Source of the DNA: Alphaproteobacteria bacterium
Lineage (GTDB): Bacteria; Pseudomonadota; Alphaproteobacteria; UBA7887
Length of the DNA stretch: 64,000 bases
Direction: 5' to 3'
Assembly: GCA_965216755.1 (NCBI GenBank)
Contig: CBDCGL010000011.1
Location: forward strand, 2,816,001-2,880,000
Under the pieces are notes generated by a model. The model ran no database searches. It worked only from the letters and a program-made list of their open reading frames with translations, and was not told where the DNA came from. The position numbers and the translations under genes are program-made. Below, piece by piece: positions 22,296 through 33,717 of this stretch (positions are counted from its first letter, which is position 1; each line of letters opens with the position of its first letter).

Positions 22296-23792
22296 TTAGC
22301 GCATGGTCGGCATGGTGTAGACGGCGCCTTGGCGAATCCCCGACGGCCAGCGCGCCGTCACCGTCTTGATGCGGGTATAGAAGCGCACCGCATCCATGCC
22401 GTGTGCATTGGAGGACCCGAACAGCGAGCGTTTCCAGCCGCCAAAGCTGTGATAGGCGACCGGCACGGGGATCGGCACATTGACGCCGATCATGCCAATG
22501 TTGGCGCGGTTGGCGAAATCACGCGCCGCGTCGCCATCGCGCGTAAAAATGGCCGCGCCGTTGCCATATTGATTTTCGCGCACCAATTTCAGCGCGCCGT
22601 CATAGTCATCGGCACGGACCACCGACAAGACCGGGCCAAAAATCTCTTGCTGGTAGATATCCATGTCCGGCGTGACCTTGTCGAACAGGCAACCGCCCAT
22701 GAAAAAGCCGTTATCGTAGCCTTGCAGGGTGGTCTCGCGGCCGTCGACCAAAAGCTCGGCGCCTTGAGCAACGCCGGAATCGACCAACCCCTTAATCCGA
22801 TGCAACGCCGCGCCGGTGACCACGGGCCCCATTTCCGCTTCGGGATCGTTATAAGGACCGATCTTAAGGCTCTGCACCCGCGGCACCAGACGGTCGAGCA
22901 ACGGTCCGGCGCTGTCGCCAACCGCAACCGCAACCGACACCGCCATACAGCGCTCGCCGGCGGAACCATAGGCCGCCCCCATCAGCGCATCGGCAGCCTG
23001 ATCCATGTCGGCGTCAGGCATCACCACCATGTGATTCTTCGCGCCACCAAGCGCTTGCACGCGTTTGCCGTGGCCGCTGCCCGTGGCGTAGACATATTCC
23101 GCGATCGGCGTCGAACCGACGAAACTGACCGCCTGAACGCGCGCATCGGTCAGCAGCGTGTCGACCGCTTCTTTGTCGCCGTGAACCACATTCAACACGC
23201 CCTTTGGCGCACCGGCCTCGGTCAGCAACTGCGCGAGCCGTACGGGGCAAGACGGGTCCTTTTCGGATGGCTTCAACACGAACGTATTGCCGCACGCCAC
23301 CGCCAGCGGAAACATCCACAATGGGATCATCGCCGGAAAGTTGAACGGCGTGATACCGGCGACCACCCCCAAAGGTTGGCGCATGGAAAACGAATCGACA
23401 TTGGTACCGACCGCTTCGGTAAATTCGCCCTTCAGCAAATGCGGGATACCGCAGGCGAATTCGACCACTTCAAGACCACGGGTGATCGACCCTTTGGCGT
23501 CGGCGAGCGTCTTGCCATGCTCCTTGCCGACCAGTTCGGCAAGCTCGTCCATGTGGCTTTCGATCAACGATTTGAATCGAAACATCACCCGCGCGCGCTG
23601 GATCGGCGGTGTCGCCGCCCACTCGCCGCTCGCCGCCTCGGCCGCCGCGATTGCCTGGCCAACCGTCGCCGCGCTGGCATAGGCGACATGTCCGGCAACT
23701 TCGCCGGTCGCCGGATTGAAAATCTCACCCTGGCGGTCGCCGACCCCGTCTGCGGCCACACCGTTAATATAGTGGGACACCGTATACGTCAT
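22296..23792 (-). CDS. mmsA: CoA-acylating methylmalonate-semialdehyde dehydrogenase
   Basis: ITPFNFPAMIP, GGAKNH, GSAGERCMA, NVPIPVP; ATG at 23792 after GGAGG. Confidence 0.93.
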   Translation of the reverse strand: MTYTVSHYINGVAADGVGDRQGEIFNPATGEVAGHVAYASAATVGQAIAAAEAASGEWAATPPIQRARVMFRFKSLIESHMDELAELVGKEHGKTLADAKGSITRGLEVVEFACGIPHLLKGEFTEAVGTNVDSFSMRQPLGVVAGITPFNFPAMIPLWMFPLAVACGNTFVLKPSEKDPSCPVRLAQLLTEAGAPKGVLNVVHGDKEAVDTLLTDARVQAVSFVGSTPIAEYVYATGSGHGKRVQALGGAKNHMVVMPDADMDQAADALMGAAYGSAGERCMAVSVAVAVGDSAGPLLDRLVPRVQSLKIGPYNDPEAEMGPVVTGAALHRIKGLVDSGVAQGAELLVDGRETTLQGYDNGFFMGGCLFDKVTPDMDIYQQEIFGPVLSVVRADDYDGALKLVRENQYGNGAAIFTRDGDAARDFANRANIGMIGVNVPIPVPVAYHSFGGWKRSLFGSSNAHGMDAVRFYTRIKTVTARWPSGIRQGAVYTMPTMR

Positions 23793-23868
23793 CTCGTTGC
23801 CTCCTTGGTCGTCCGACGTCCCACGCCGGCCGCGTTCTAACGTGATCACCCAAGCGGTCGTGGCCCGC

Positions 23869-24990
23869 CTACAAGTAGCCGAGTTCGCGCCACTCCGCAT
23901 AGTTGGTGCGGAATTCTTGCAGCGACTCCCAGGCGCGGGCGAAATCCGGATCTTTCTCCGCTTCTTCCGCGGCCACCTCGACCCAGGCGGATTCAAACGC
24001 CGCCAGCATAGTGTCGTCCCATTGGTGCAAGACGACGCCTTTCTCCTTCAAGAATTCTAATGCTGGCACCTGCAAGGCCTCGCCTTCGGCGATGCTCCGT
24101 CGCACACTGTTGCCGCAAGCCGATTCAAACTGCCGCTGCTGTGCCGTCGGCAACGCATTCCACTTGTCCAAATTGACGATCATGTCGGCCCACGTCGACT
24201 GTTGATGCCAACCCGGGAAGTAATAATGCTTGGCGACTTGGTAAAAGCCGAGGTCGCGATCGATCGCCGGGCTGGCATACTCGGTCGCGTCAATCGTCCC
24301 GAGTTCCAGGGCCGGAAAAATGTCGCCACCGGCGAGCAACTGGGTGGAAACACCAAGCTTCTCCATGACCCGCGCACCCAGGGCGAAAAAGCGCATTTTG
24401 AGGCCCTTTAGGTCGTCCGGCGACGTGATTTCTTTGCGGAACCAGCCAGACGCCTCGGGCGGAAACAGGCCACACAAGACGCCCTTGATATTGTGCTTGG
24501 CGTAAATCTCGTCATAGATCTCTTGGCCACCGCCATAGTAGATCCACGCCATGTATTCGGCCGATGCCGGACCGAATGGCACCGACGCGAAAATTTGCAG
24601 TGCCGGCGCCTTGCCGGCCCAGAAACCCGGTGTCGCCCAGCCGACATCGATCGAACCGCTGGATACTGCGTCGAAGATCTCCAGCGCGGGAACCAAGGCG
24701 CCCGGTTCATAGAACTGCAATTTCAGCTGTCCGTCCGACATGGCGTCGAGATTGGTGACGAAATCTTTGGCCAGCGGCCCCAAGATCGGCGTTGTACCGG
24801 CATAGGCACTGGCAAGCTTCCAACGCGTCTTTGATCCGCCGGCAGCGACCTCGGGCGCCGCAGCGTCGGTCTCGGCCGTGGCTGTGGCCGTGTCGGTCGT
24901 TGTCTGTTGGCCGGGGCCGAAGGCATAACGATCCACCAACACACCAGCGACGATGCCGATAATTAGGCCCGCGATGAGTCCTCCGCGCAT
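23869..24990 (-). CDS. TRAP transporter substrate-binding protein (DctP/TakP-like)
   Basis: LKGLKMR, ALELGTIDATE, YYFPGWHQ; N-terminal hydrophobic anchor. Confidence 0.9.
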   Translation of the reverse strand: MRGGLIAGLIIGIVAGVLVDRYAFGPGQQTTTDTATATAETDAAAPEVAAGGSKTRWKLASAYAGTTPILGPLAKDFVTNLDAMSDGQLKLQFYEPGALVPALEIFDAVSSGSIDVGWATPGFWAGKAPALQIFASVPFGPASAEYMAWIYYGGGQEIYDEIYAKHNIKGVLCGLFPPEASGWFRKEITSPDDLKGLKMRFFALGARVMEKLGVSTQLLAGGDIFPALELGTIDATEYASPAIDRDLGFYQVAKHYYFPGWHQQSTWADMIVNLDKWNALPTAQQRQFESACGNSVRRSIAEGEALQVPALEFLKEKGVVLHQWDDTMLAAFESAWVEVAAEEAEKDPDFARAWESLQEFRTNYAEWRELGYL

Positions 24991-25126
24991 GGCTCCCTCC
25001 CGATGGTCATGAGCTGATTGTGGACAAGACGGGGCGTCGCGATACGGACGAAGGCTTCATCTGATTCGTTGACGCCACGTGCCTGGCTACAATAGTGCAA
25101 ATGTCGCGTCAGGTCAGCTCTCGGCG

Positions 25127-26092
25127 TCAGCCCGCGACGGGCAGACCACCATGGCTGACCAAAACCGCCACATAGCCGCAATAAAGTAAAACCATAACCA
25201 CGCCATGACCCCGGTTCAGGCGCTGCGCCCACAAGGCCAATCCGACCAAGGCCGCGGTGACCGCCATCATGATCCACAGATCGAACGCGACCAAGGGCAC
25301 CGGCACCGGCACCGGCTGGACGACCGCGCTGGCGCCGGCAATGCCGTACATGTTGAACATGTTGCTGCCCATGGCGTTGCCGATCGACAAGGCCGCTTGC
25401 CCACGCAGCGCGGCCATGACCGAGGCAGCAAGTTCCGGCAACGACGTGCCCAAGGCGATCAAGGTCAACCCGATCACCGCTTCCGACAGGCCGGCCATCC
25501 GCGCGATCGCGACCGCACCTTCGACCAGGAAGTGGGCGCCGAACACCACACCCACGAGTCCGGCAACGGTCAACAGGGCCGCGACCGGGAAGGATTGGCC
25601 CGTGCCTTCCAATTCCGCGACCGCCTCGATGCCACCACCGGCGGCCGACAAGCGCCTTGCGGCGCGGAACGACCAAGTTGTATAGGTGACGATCGCCAAC
25701 ACCATAATCGCACCGACCAAGCGCGAGATCGTGCCGAACTGGCACAGAACCACAAACGCGACCGTGCCGATGATGAGCGCCCACCCATCCCGGCGCAAGG
25801 TCTGAGGATCCGCGACCACCGGCGACATGGCGGCGGCGACACCGACGATCAGCAACACGTTCGCCGTGTTGGAACCGATCACGTTACCCAGAACAATGTC
25901 GGGATGCCCGGTCAGCGCCGCTTGCACGCACACCACAAGTTCCGGCGCCGATGTGCCAATGGCAACCACGGTCAAACCGATCACCATCGGCGTCACACCA
26001 AGGCGCCGCGCCAACGTCACCGCGCCCCGCACCAACCCCTCGCCGCCGGCGATCAATAGAACGATGCCGGCGCCGACATAAACAAAACTCAT
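25127..26092 (-). CDS. Calcium/sodium antiporter (YrbG-like, CaCA family)
   Basis: Two alpha repeats: GTSAPE...GNVIGSN and GTSLPE...GNAMGSN. Confidence 0.93.
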   Translation of the reverse strand: MSFVYVGAGIVLLIAGGEGLVRGAVTLARRLGVTPMVIGLTVVAIGTSAPELVVCVQAALTGHPDIVLGNVIGSNTANVLLIVGVAAAMSPVVADPQTLRRDGWALIIGTVAFVVLCQFGTISRLVGAIMVLAIVTYTTWSFRAARRLSAAGGGIEAVAELEGTGQSFPVAALLTVAGLVGVVFGAHFLVEGAVAIARMAGLSEAVIGLTLIALGTSLPELAASVMAALRGQAALSIGNAMGSNMFNMYGIAGASAVVQPVPVPVPLVAFDLWIMMAVTAALVGLALWAQRLNRGHGVVMVLLYCGYVAVLVSHGGLPVAG

Positions 26093-26152
26093 GAAAGACC
26101 GTCCACAAAGGCGGACATTACAGCATCAATGTAGCGAGGCGAAACGCGGCGT

Positions 26153-26932
26153 TTAGCGCCGCGCCACCATCATCTTTTTGATTTCGGCGATGGCTTTGCC
26201 GGGATTGAGCCCCTTCGGGCAGGTGTTGGTGCAGTTCATGATCGTGTGGCAACGGTACAGCCGATACGGATCTTCCAAATCATCAAGCCGTTCACCGGCG
26301 GCTTCATCGCGGCTGTCCGCCAACCACCGATAGGCCTGCAATAACACCGCCGGGCCCAAATAGCGATCGCCATTCCACCAATAGCTCGGACAACTTGTCG
26401 AGCAACAGAAACACAGAATGCATTCGTAGAGCCCATCCAGCCGCTTGCGATCATCTGGCGATTGCCGGCGCTCACGGTCAGGCGGCGGCGGCGTTCGCGA
26501 CTGCAACCAGGGCTTGATTGATTCATACTGGGCATAGACGGCGGTTAGATCGGGGACCAAGTCCTTGATCACCGGCAAGTGCGGCAATGGGTAGATTTTA
26601 ATGTCGCCCTTGATGTCGCTGATATACTTGGTGCAGGCGAGCGCATTGGTGCCGTCAATATTCATCGCGCATGAGCCGCAGACCCCTTCGCGACAAGAAC
26701 GGCGGAATGTCAGGGTCGAATCGATCTCGTTTTTGATCTTGATCAGAGCGTCCAGGACCATGGGGCCGCAGCGGTCGAGATCAAGCTCATAGGTGTCGAG
26801 GCGCGGGTTGGCGCCGTCGTCGGGAAACCAACGATAGACCTGAACACGCTTGATTTTTTTTGCACCAGCCGCCGCCTCATATGTGGTGCCCGTGTGCACG
26901 CGGGAATTTGCTGGCAGCGCCATTTCAGCCAT
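26153..26932 (-). CDS. sdhB: Succinate dehydrogenase iron-sulfur subunit
   Basis: [36 protein letters not shown]. Confidence 0.99.
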   Translation of the reverse strand: MAEMALPANSRVHTGTTYEAAAGAKKIKRVQVYRWFPDDGANPRLDTYELDLDRCGPMVLDALIKIKNEIDSTLTFRRSCREGVCGSCAMNIDGTNALACTKYISDIKGDIKIYPLPHLPVIKDLVPDLTAVYAQYESIKPWLQSRTPPPPDRERRQSPDDRKRLDGLYECILCFCCSTSCPSYWWNGDRYLGPAVLLQAYRWLADSRDEAAGERLDDLEDPYRLYRCHTIMNCTNTCPKGLNPGKAIAEIKKMMVARR

Positions 26933-26962
26933 TGTTGTCCGGTCCTCGCTGGTGTGGGAGCG

Positions 26963-28756
26963 CTAGTAGACCCGCGCTTTGGGTGGAAAGGCTTGCACGT
27001 CGTTGCTGAGTGGCGTCATGTGCACCGGTCGATAGTCTATACGCGGCACACCGTCTTCACCGCACCAGGCGATGGTGTGTTTCATCCATTCATCATCATC
27101 GCGTTCCGGGTAGTCCTCGCGGGCATGCGCGCCACGGCTCTCGGTGCGGTTGTGCGCCGACCGCATGGCGACGACGGCCTGGAACATCAGATTGTCCAGC
27201 TCCAAGGTCTCGACCAAATCGGAATTCCAGATCATCGATCGGTCGGCGACCTTCAGCGCCTCACGCTGCGCCCAAAGCGCGGTCATGTTCTCAACGCCTT
27301 CGGTCAGCACATCGCCGGTGCGAAACACCGCGCAGTGACTTTGCATCAACCGCTGCATGTCCAAGCGCAGGGCCGCCGTCGGCGTTTGGCCCTTGGCATG
27401 GCGGAACCGGTCCAACCGCGCCAGCGCCTTATCGCTGGCATCATTCGGCAAATCCTTATGGGCCGTGCCGGGCGTGACCACGTCAGCCGCGCGGTCGGCC
27501 GCGGCACGGCCGAAAACCACCAGATCAAGCAAGGAATTTGAACCCAAACGATTGGCGCCGTGCACCGACACGCACGCGGCTTCACCGATTGCCATCAAGC
27601 CGGGCACGATACTGTCCGGATTACCATTGGCGACAGTCACCACCTCGCCATGATAATTGGTTGGCACACCACCCATATTGTAGTGGCAGGTAGGCAACAC
27701 AGGGATCGCTTCGTGGGTCACGTCCACACCGGCGAAGATACGCGCCGTCTCGGCGATCCCCGGCAGCCGTTCGTTGATCAAATCCGCATCCAAATGTTCG
27801 AGATGCAGATGAATGTGATCCTTTGACTCGCCGATGCCGCGGCCCTCGCGGATTTCGATCGTCATGGCGCGACTTACCACGTCGCGCGAGGCCAAATCCT
27901 TGGCGCTCGGCGCATAGCGCTCCATGAAGCGCTCGCCTTCCGAATTGGTCAAATAGCCGCCTTCGCCGCGCACGCCTTCGGTGATCAGGCAGCCCGCGCC
28001 ATAAATCCCAGTCGGGTGGAACTGGACAAATTCCATGTCCTGACACGGCAAGCCGGCGCGCAGCACCATGGCGTTGCCGTCGCCGGTGCAGGTGTGCGCG
28101 GAGGTACAAGAGAAATACGCGCGACCATAGCCGCCGGTGGCCAGAACCACACTGTGGGCGCGAAACCGGTGAATCGTGCCGTCGTCCAAGTTCCACGCCA
28201 TGACACCGCGGCAGGTGCCATCGTCATCGTCCATGATCAGGTCGAGGGCGACATACTCGATGAAAAACTCAGCATGGTGACGCAAAGATTGCTGATACAA
28301 GGTGTGCAGGATGGCATGGCCCGTGCGGTCGGCCGCGGCACAGGTCCGTTGCGCGGTGCCTTCACCAAAATGGGTGGTCATGCCACCAAAAGCGCGTTGA
28401 TAGATTTTGCCCTCGGGCGTGCGCGAAAACGGCACGCCGTAATGCTCCAGTTCGACAATCGCCGGCACGGCTTCGCGACACATATACTCGATGGCGTCCT
28501 GATCGCCCAGCCAGTCCGACCCCTTGACGGTGTCGTACATATGCCAGCGCCAGTCGTCTTCGCCCATATTGCCAAGCGCGGCGGAAATACCGCCTTGGGC
28601 GGCCACGGTGTGGCTGCGTGTCGGAAACACCTTGGTCAGGCAAGCGGTCTTAAGGCCTTTCTCCGCCATGCCGAACGTCGCCCGCAGACCGGCGCCACCG
28701 GCGCCAATCACCACTACGTCATAGCTATGATCGATAACCGTGTACGCTTTCGTCAT
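26963..28756 (-). CDS. sdhA: Succinate dehydrogenase flavoprotein subunit
   Basis: [10 protein letters not shown] covalent FAD site, [11 protein letters not shown]. Confidence 0.99.
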   Translation of the reverse strand: MTKAYTVIDHSYDVVVIGAGGAGLRATFGMAEKGLKTACLTKVFPTRSHTVAAQGGISAALGNMGEDDWRWHMYDTVKGSDWLGDQDAIEYMCREAVPAIVELEHYGVPFSRTPEGKIYQRAFGGMTTHFGEGTAQRTCAAADRTGHAILHTLYQQSLRHHAEFFIEYVALDLIMDDDDGTCRGVMAWNLDDGTIHRFRAHSVVLATGGYGRAYFSCTSAHTCTGDGNAMVLRAGLPCQDMEFVQFHPTGIYGAGCLITEGVRGEGGYLTNSEGERFMERYAPSAKDLASRDVVSRAMTIEIREGRGIGESKDHIHLHLEHLDADLINERLPGIAETARIFAGVDVTHEAIPVLPTCHYNMGGVPTNYHGEVVTVANGNPDSIVPGLMAIGEAACVSVHGANRLGSNSLLDLVVFGRAAADRAADVVTPGTAHKDLPNDASDKALARLDRFRHAKGQTPTAALRLDMQRLMQSHCAVFRTGDVLTEGVENMTALWAQREALKVADRSMIWNSDLVETLELDNLMFQAVVAMRSAHNRTESRGAHAREDYPERDDDEWMKHTIAWCGEDGVPRIDYRPVHMTPLSNDVQAFPPKARVY

Positions 28757-29136
28757 GTCGTTCCCAACGTGATTTTGACCACGGCGAGCACGCAGGCGAC
28801 CGCCAGCAAGAAATTTGCGAACAGGTTGCCCATCAACAACACCAGGCGCAGCGCGCCATAGTTGACATAATCTTCAATCACCACCTGCAAGCCCAGTTTG
28901 GCGTGATAAAACATGGCGATGATCAGGGCGATCATCAGTACCGCGACCAAGGGGTGCGCCAACCAAGCCCGAACCGTGTCATGACCACCGCCGGCCATGA
29001 ATGCCACCGAGACAACAAACCAAAAAGCGAGCGGCACCAGCGCGATGGCGGTTACACGCTGCGCCCACCAATGGCCCGGGCCTTCCTTTGCCGCGCCCAG
29101 GCCCAATGCCCGGCGCAGCGGCGCGTCCATGGTCAT
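28753..29136 (-). CDS. sdhD: Succinate dehydrogenase membrane anchor
   Basis: [30 protein letters not shown]. Confidence 0.95.
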   Translation of the reverse strand: MTMDAPLRRALGLGAAKEGPGHWWAQRVTAIALVPLAFWFVVSVAFMAGGGHDTVRAWLAHPLVAVLMIALIIAMFYHAKLGLQVVIEDYVNYGALRLVLLMGNLFANFLLAVACVLAVVKITLGTT

Positions 29137-29528
29137 GCTGCCCCCATGACGGTCAGACCGATCGCCCATGCAACGATCGTCAATATGGCGGTCACGATCA
29201 ACACCGTCCAGCCCGACCGGTAAACCGACGCGATCTCCAGCCCAAGCCCCGCGTCCCAGAACAAATGCCGGATGCCATTGCATAAATGATAGAACAGCGC
29301 CACCGACCACGCGAATAGAACCAGCATGCCAAGCCACGAACCGACCAAAGCTTGGGCGCTGGCAAACGCATCCGCACCGGATGCTGCCGCGATCAACCAA
29401 TAGGCCAGCAACAAAGTCCCAAGCGCCAGGCCGACCCCCGTGATCCGGTGCAAGATCGAAAGGGTCGACGTGATCTGCGGGCGATAGACCTGCAGATGGG
29501 GCGAGAGCGGCCGATCCGCCTGCGCCAT
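29133..29528 (-). CDS. sdhC: Succinate dehydrogenase cytochrome b556 subunit
   Basis: RPLSPHLQVY, SILHRITG, HLCNGIRHLFWD. Confidence 0.97.
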   Translation of the reverse strand: MAQADRPLSPHLQVYRPQITSTLSILHRITGVGLALGTLLLAYWLIAAASGADAFASAQALVGSWLGMLVLFAWSVALFYHLCNGIRHLFWDAGLGLEIASVYRSGWTVLIVTAILTIVAWAIGLTVMGAA

Positions 29529-29680
29529 GTTCCATCACCTCTCGTTCGAAGTCGCGCGCGGCATCGCGCAGCAAAGATGATTACGAAGTAGACCGCTGAA
29601 CCGTTTAAGTCAACGATCCGCCCCGGCCGTGTGCCATTATCCGCCCCGGTGCAGGCCACACTGTGTGGGACGCGTTGCCC

Positions 29681-30520
29681 ATGAACGTCTTGTCAATCCA
29701 GTCCTCTGTCGTCTATGGCCATGTTGGCAACAGCGCCGCGTGCTTTGCGTTGCAACGCTGTGGTCTGACGGTGTGGCCTTTGCACACGGTGCAATTGAGC
29801 ACGCACACCGGTCACCCCGGCTGGCGTGGACAGCGATTTGATGGGGCACATATTGGCGACTTGGTTGCCGGCCTCGCGGCGCTCGGCTGTTTCCACCGTT
29901 GCGACGCCATGTTGAGCGGATATGCCGGTCAAACCGCCACCGTCGCGGCGATCGCCGACGCCAGCGATCGCATGCGGACCGGCAATGCGCGGGCGCTGTA
30001 CCTCTGCGATCCGGTCATCGGCAATCAGACCAAGGGCCTGTTTGTGGCCGCGCAGACTGCCGGCGCGATCCGCGACCAGTTGGTGTGCCGCGCCGACATC
30101 GTTACGCCGAACGCCTTCGAACTCAGTTGGTTGACCGGCCGACCAGTCGCCACAATCGACGACGCCGTTGCCGCCGCCGATTTGCTGCGTGGCCTCGGCC
30201 CGTCAGTGGTCGCCACCACGTCGCTGTCCACTGACACCGGCATCGCCACCCTGATCGCCAAGGCGGACGCGGCGTGGCTGGTCGAAACACCACGGCTTGA
30301 TGTCGCGGCAAACGGCGCGGGCGACGTTTTCGCCGCACTGCTGCTCGGCCAATTGCTCAAGGGTGCTCCCGCCGACACCGCCCTGGCCCGCTCCGTGTCC
30401 GCGTTGTTCACCATTTTGGAAGCGACGGCGGCGGCCGCCAGCCCCGAGTTGCTGTTGGTCCCAAGCCAAGAGGCGTGGGCATCGGGCGCCGCGCGCTTTC
30501 CGGCGCGCAAGATCCGCTAA
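29681..30520 (+). CDS. pdxY: Pyridoxal kinase
   Basis: SIQSSVVYGHVGNSAA, DPVIG, TPNAFEL, GAGD. Confidence 0.9.
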   Translation: MNVLSIQSSVVYGHVGNSAACFALQRCGLTVWPLHTVQLSTHTGHPGWRGQRFDGAHIGDLVAGLAALGCFHRCDAMLSGYAGQTATVAAIADASDRMRTGNARALYLCDPVIGNQTKGLFVAAQTAGAIRDQLVCRADIVTPNAFELSWLTGRPVATIDDAVAAADLLRGLGPSVVATTSLSTDTGIATLIAKADAAWLVETPRLDVAANGAGDVFAALLLGQLLKGAPADTALARSVSALFTILEATAAAASPELLLVPSQEAWASGAARFPARKIR

Positions 30521-31530
30521 AGATACTCTTCGGCGAGTGCTTCGGCGATTTGGATCGAATTCAAGGCCGCGCCTTTGCGCAGATTGTCGGACACGACCCA
30601 CATGTTCAAACCGAACGGCACGGTTTCGTCCTGGCGAATGCGGCTGACGAACACGTCATATTCGCCGACACACTCAACCGGCGTGACATAGCCGTTGTTT
30701 TCCGGTTCGTCGACCACGGTCAGCCCCGGCGCCTCGTCCAGCTCCATGCGCGCTTCTTCGACCGTGATCGGTTGTTCAAATTCCACATTCACCGCTTCGG
30801 CGTGACCGACAAAAACCGGCACGCGCACGCAAGTGGCGCTGACGGCGACCGTTGGGTCCAGGATCTTTTGGGTTTCACGGACCATCTTGAGCTCTTCTTT
30901 GCTCGATCCGTCGGGTTGGAAGACGTCGATGTGAGGAATCACGTTAAACGCGATCTGGCGCGGAAACTGCTCGGGCTCGCGATCTTCGTTGAAGTAGATC
31001 TTGCGGGTTTGGTCAAACAACTCATCCATCGCCGACTTGCCGGCGCCGGAAACCGACTGATAGGTCGCCACCACGACTCGCTTGATGTGAGCAAAATCAT
31101 GAAGCGGTCGCAGTGCCACCACCATTTGAATGGTCGAGCAATTGGGGTTGGCAATGATGTTGCGATCGCGATAGCCACTAAGGGCATCGCGATTGACTTC
31201 CGGCACGACCAACGGCACATCAGGGTCCATGCGAAACTGCGACGTGTTGTCGATGACCACGCAACCGGCGTCGGCCGCGCGCGGCGCATGGACGGCCGAT
31301 ACCTTGGCGCCCGGCGAAAACAAGCCGATGTCGTAGCCCCTAAAGTCGAAATCGTCCAGGCTCCGGACTTTCAGGACATCGTCGTCGCCGAATGAAACCT
31401 CTCGTCCCACAGATGACGCCGAGGCCACCGCCGCGACTTCGTCGACCGGGAACTGACGCTCGGCAAGGATGTTCAACATCTCGCGGCCGACATTGCCGGT
31501 CGCGCCCACAACCGCCACTCGATAACCCAT
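30517..31530 (-). CDS. asd: Aspartate-semialdehyde dehydrogenase
   Basis: GATGNVG, NPNCST, DNLRKGAALN. Confidence 0.98.
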   Translation of the reverse strand: MGYRVAVVGATGNVGREMLNILAERQFPVDEVAAVASASSVGREVSFGDDDVLKVRSLDDFDFRGYDIGLFSPGAKVSAVHAPRAADAGCVVIDNTSQFRMDPDVPLVVPEVNRDALSGYRDRNIIANPNCSTIQMVVALRPLHDFAHIKRVVVATYQSVSGAGKSAMDELFDQTRKIYFNEDREPEQFPRQIAFNVIPHIDVFQPDGSSKEELKMVRETQKILDPTVAVSATCVRVPVFVGHAEAVNVEFEQPITVEEARMELDEAPGLTVVDEPENNGYVTPVECVGEYDVFVSRIRQDETVPFGLNMWVVSDNLRKGAALNSIQIAEALAEEYL

Positions 31531-31576
31531 GATACTCTTCCCGCTCGCTAACCGTTCTTGCTAATGTTTCCGCATT

Positions 31577-31921
31577 ATGGCGAACAAAATCACGACGTAT
31601 CGCGAATTTTGGCCCTATTATTTGGCCGAACATCGCCGCCCGGCCACGCGCCTGTTGCATTACATCGGTACAGGCGTGGGCATCGCATTCCTGATCGCCT
31701 TCGCGCTAACCGCGAATTTGTGGTTCGTCCCCTGCGCGATCGTGGCAGGCTATGCGTTCGCCTGGGCCGGTCACGCGTTCGTCGAACACAATCGTCCGGC
31801 GACGTTTACTTATCCGACTTGGTCTCTGGTAAGCGATTTCCGCATGTTCTTCCTCGCGCTCAGCGGCGGTCTCGGAAAGGAACTGGACCGCCACGCCATC
31901 GACCAAGTCCGGCCACGTTAG
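31577..31921 (+). CDS. DUF962/Mpo1-like small membrane protein
   Basis: [31 protein letters not shown]. Confidence 0.85.
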   Translation: MANKITTYREFWPYYLAEHRRPATRLLHYIGTGVGIAFLIAFALTANLWFVPCAIVAGYAFAWAGHAFVEHNRPATFTYPTWSLVSDFRMFFLALSGGLGKELDRHAIDQVRPR

Positions 31922-33030
31922 GCGGCCAACTTATCAAGCTCGCTGGTAATCGCCTCGCCCATCACCGCCGTTGACACCCGCGCCATGCCGGGCTGCATGA
32001 TATCGTCGGTCCGCAAGCCACCATCCAAGACCGTCGCCACCGCCTTTTCAACCAAAGCCGCATCCTCGGGCAGGTCGAACGAATAGCGAAGCATCATGGC
32101 GTACGACATCAGCATCGCGATCGGATTTGCCTTGCCCTGGCCGGCAATATCCGGCGCACTGCCGTGGACCGGCTCATACAAGGCGCGGCGACGGCCGGTC
32201 GCATCCTCGGCGCCCAGCGACGCCGACGGTAACATGCCCAGCGAGCCGGTCAACATCGCCGCCACATCCGACAAGATATCGCCGAACAAATTGCCGGTCA
32301 CCACCACGTCGAACTGTTTCGGCGCGCGCAGAAGCTGCATCGCCGCATTATCTGCATACATATGGTACAGCGGTATGTCAGCAAACTCGCGGTCGTGAAG
32401 CGCCTGCATATCCTCGCGCCACATCAGCCCGCTTTCCATGACATTGGCCTTTTCAACTGAATGGACAAAGCCATTGCGTTTTTGCGCCAGCTCGAACGCG
32501 ACGCGACCGACACGCTCGACTTCCTTGGTCGTATAGACTTCCGTATTGACGCCGCGCCGTGACCCGTCCGACCGGGTTTCGACACCACGCGGTTCGCCGA
32601 AATAAATGCCGCCGGTCAGCTCACGCAAGATTATGATATCGAGGCCGCGGACCAACTCGGTCTTTAGGCTCGAGGCTTCGGCCAAGGCGTCGAAGACGAT
32701 CGCCGGACGCAGATTTGCGAACAGGTCCATATCTTTGCGCAAACGCAACAAGCCCCGTTCCGGCTTGACCGCGAAGTCAAGATCATCCCATTTTGGCCCG
32801 CCAACCGCGCCGAACAAGACAGCGTCGGCCTGCATCGCATCGTCCATGGTTTCGTCGGTGATCGGCGTACCGTATTTGTCATAGGCGATACCGCCGACCA
32901 GGCCCTCCGTGACGTCAAACGTGACAGCCCGGCGCTTGTCGAACCACTCGATGACGCGGCGCACTTCGCCCATAACCTCGGGGCCGATCCCGTCGCCGGG
33001 CAACATCAACAAACGCTTATTACTGGCCAT
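31918..33030 (-). CDS. leuB: 3-isopropylmalate dehydrogenase
   Basis: [28 protein letters not shown]. Confidence 0.98.
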   Translation of the reverse strand: MASNKRLLMLPGDGIGPEVMGEVRRVIEWFDKRRAVTFDVTEGLVGGIAYDKYGTPITDETMDDAMQADAVLFGAVGGPKWDDLDFAVKPERGLLRLRKDMDLFANLRPAIVFDALAEASSLKTELVRGLDIIILRELTGGIYFGEPRGVETRSDGSRRGVNTEVYTTKEVERVGRVAFELAQKRNGFVHSVEKANVMESGLMWREDMQALHDREFADIPLYHMYADNAAMQLLRAPKQFDVVVTGNLFGDILSDVAAMLTGSLGMLPSASLGAEDATGRRRALYEPVHGSAPDIAGQGKANPIAMLMSYAMMLRYSFDLPEDAALVEKAVATVLDGGLRTDDIMQPGMARVSTAVMGEAITSELDKLAA

Positions 33031-33072
33031 CCGTCACCCTCCCTTGTCAATCTGCGGCTGCATCCGACGCGC

Positions 33073-33684
33073 TCATCCGAACAACCACGGTTCCGCGCCG
33101 CGTTGCCTCTGCTCATAGCTGTCGATGTCCGTCGACTGCGCCATGGTGATGCCGATATCGTCCAAACCATTCAAAAGGCAATGTTTCCGAAACGGATCGA
33201 TGTCGAAGTTATAGACATCACCGTCGGGTGTCGTGATTTCTTGCGACTCCAAATCCACCGTAATGCGGGCATTGGCGCCACGGGCCGCCACCGCCATCAA
33301 GGCCTCGACCTGTTCCTCTGGCAAGGCGACCAACAAGATGCCGTTCTTGCCGGCATTGTTATAGAAGATATCGGCGAAACTGGGCGCGATCACGCAACGA
33401 ATGCCGAAGTCCAGCAGCGCCCATGGCGCGTGCTCGCGACTCGACCCGCAGCCGAAATTTCGCCCCGCGATCAGGATTTCGGCGCCGCGATAGGCCGACT
33501 TGTTCAGCACGAAGTCTGGCTTTTCCGCCCCGTCTGGCGTGAATCGTTCGTCATGGAACAAATGCTGGCCCAGGCCCGTGCGTTTGATTGTTTTCAAGAA
33601 CTGCTTGGGGATGATCCGGTCGGTATCGATATTGATCGCGCGCATCGGTGCGGCGATTCCGGTGAGCGTGCGAAACGGTTCCAT
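33073..33684 (-). CDS. leuD: 3-isopropylmalate dehydratase small subunit
   Basis: [24 protein letters not shown]. Confidence 0.98.
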   Translation of the reverse strand: MEPFRTLTGIAAPMRAINIDTDRIIPKQFLKTIKRTGLGQHLFHDERFTPDGAEKPDFVLNKSAYRGAEILIAGRNFGCGSSREHAPWALLDFGIRCVIAPSFADIFYNNAGKNGILLVALPEEQVEALMAVAARGANARITVDLESQEITTPDGDVYNFDIDPFRKHCLLNGLDDIGITMAQSTDIDSYEQRQRGAEPWLFG

Positions 33685-33717
33685 TGCAAAGCCCTTTGAC
33701 ACCTGAAGAATGTCGTT

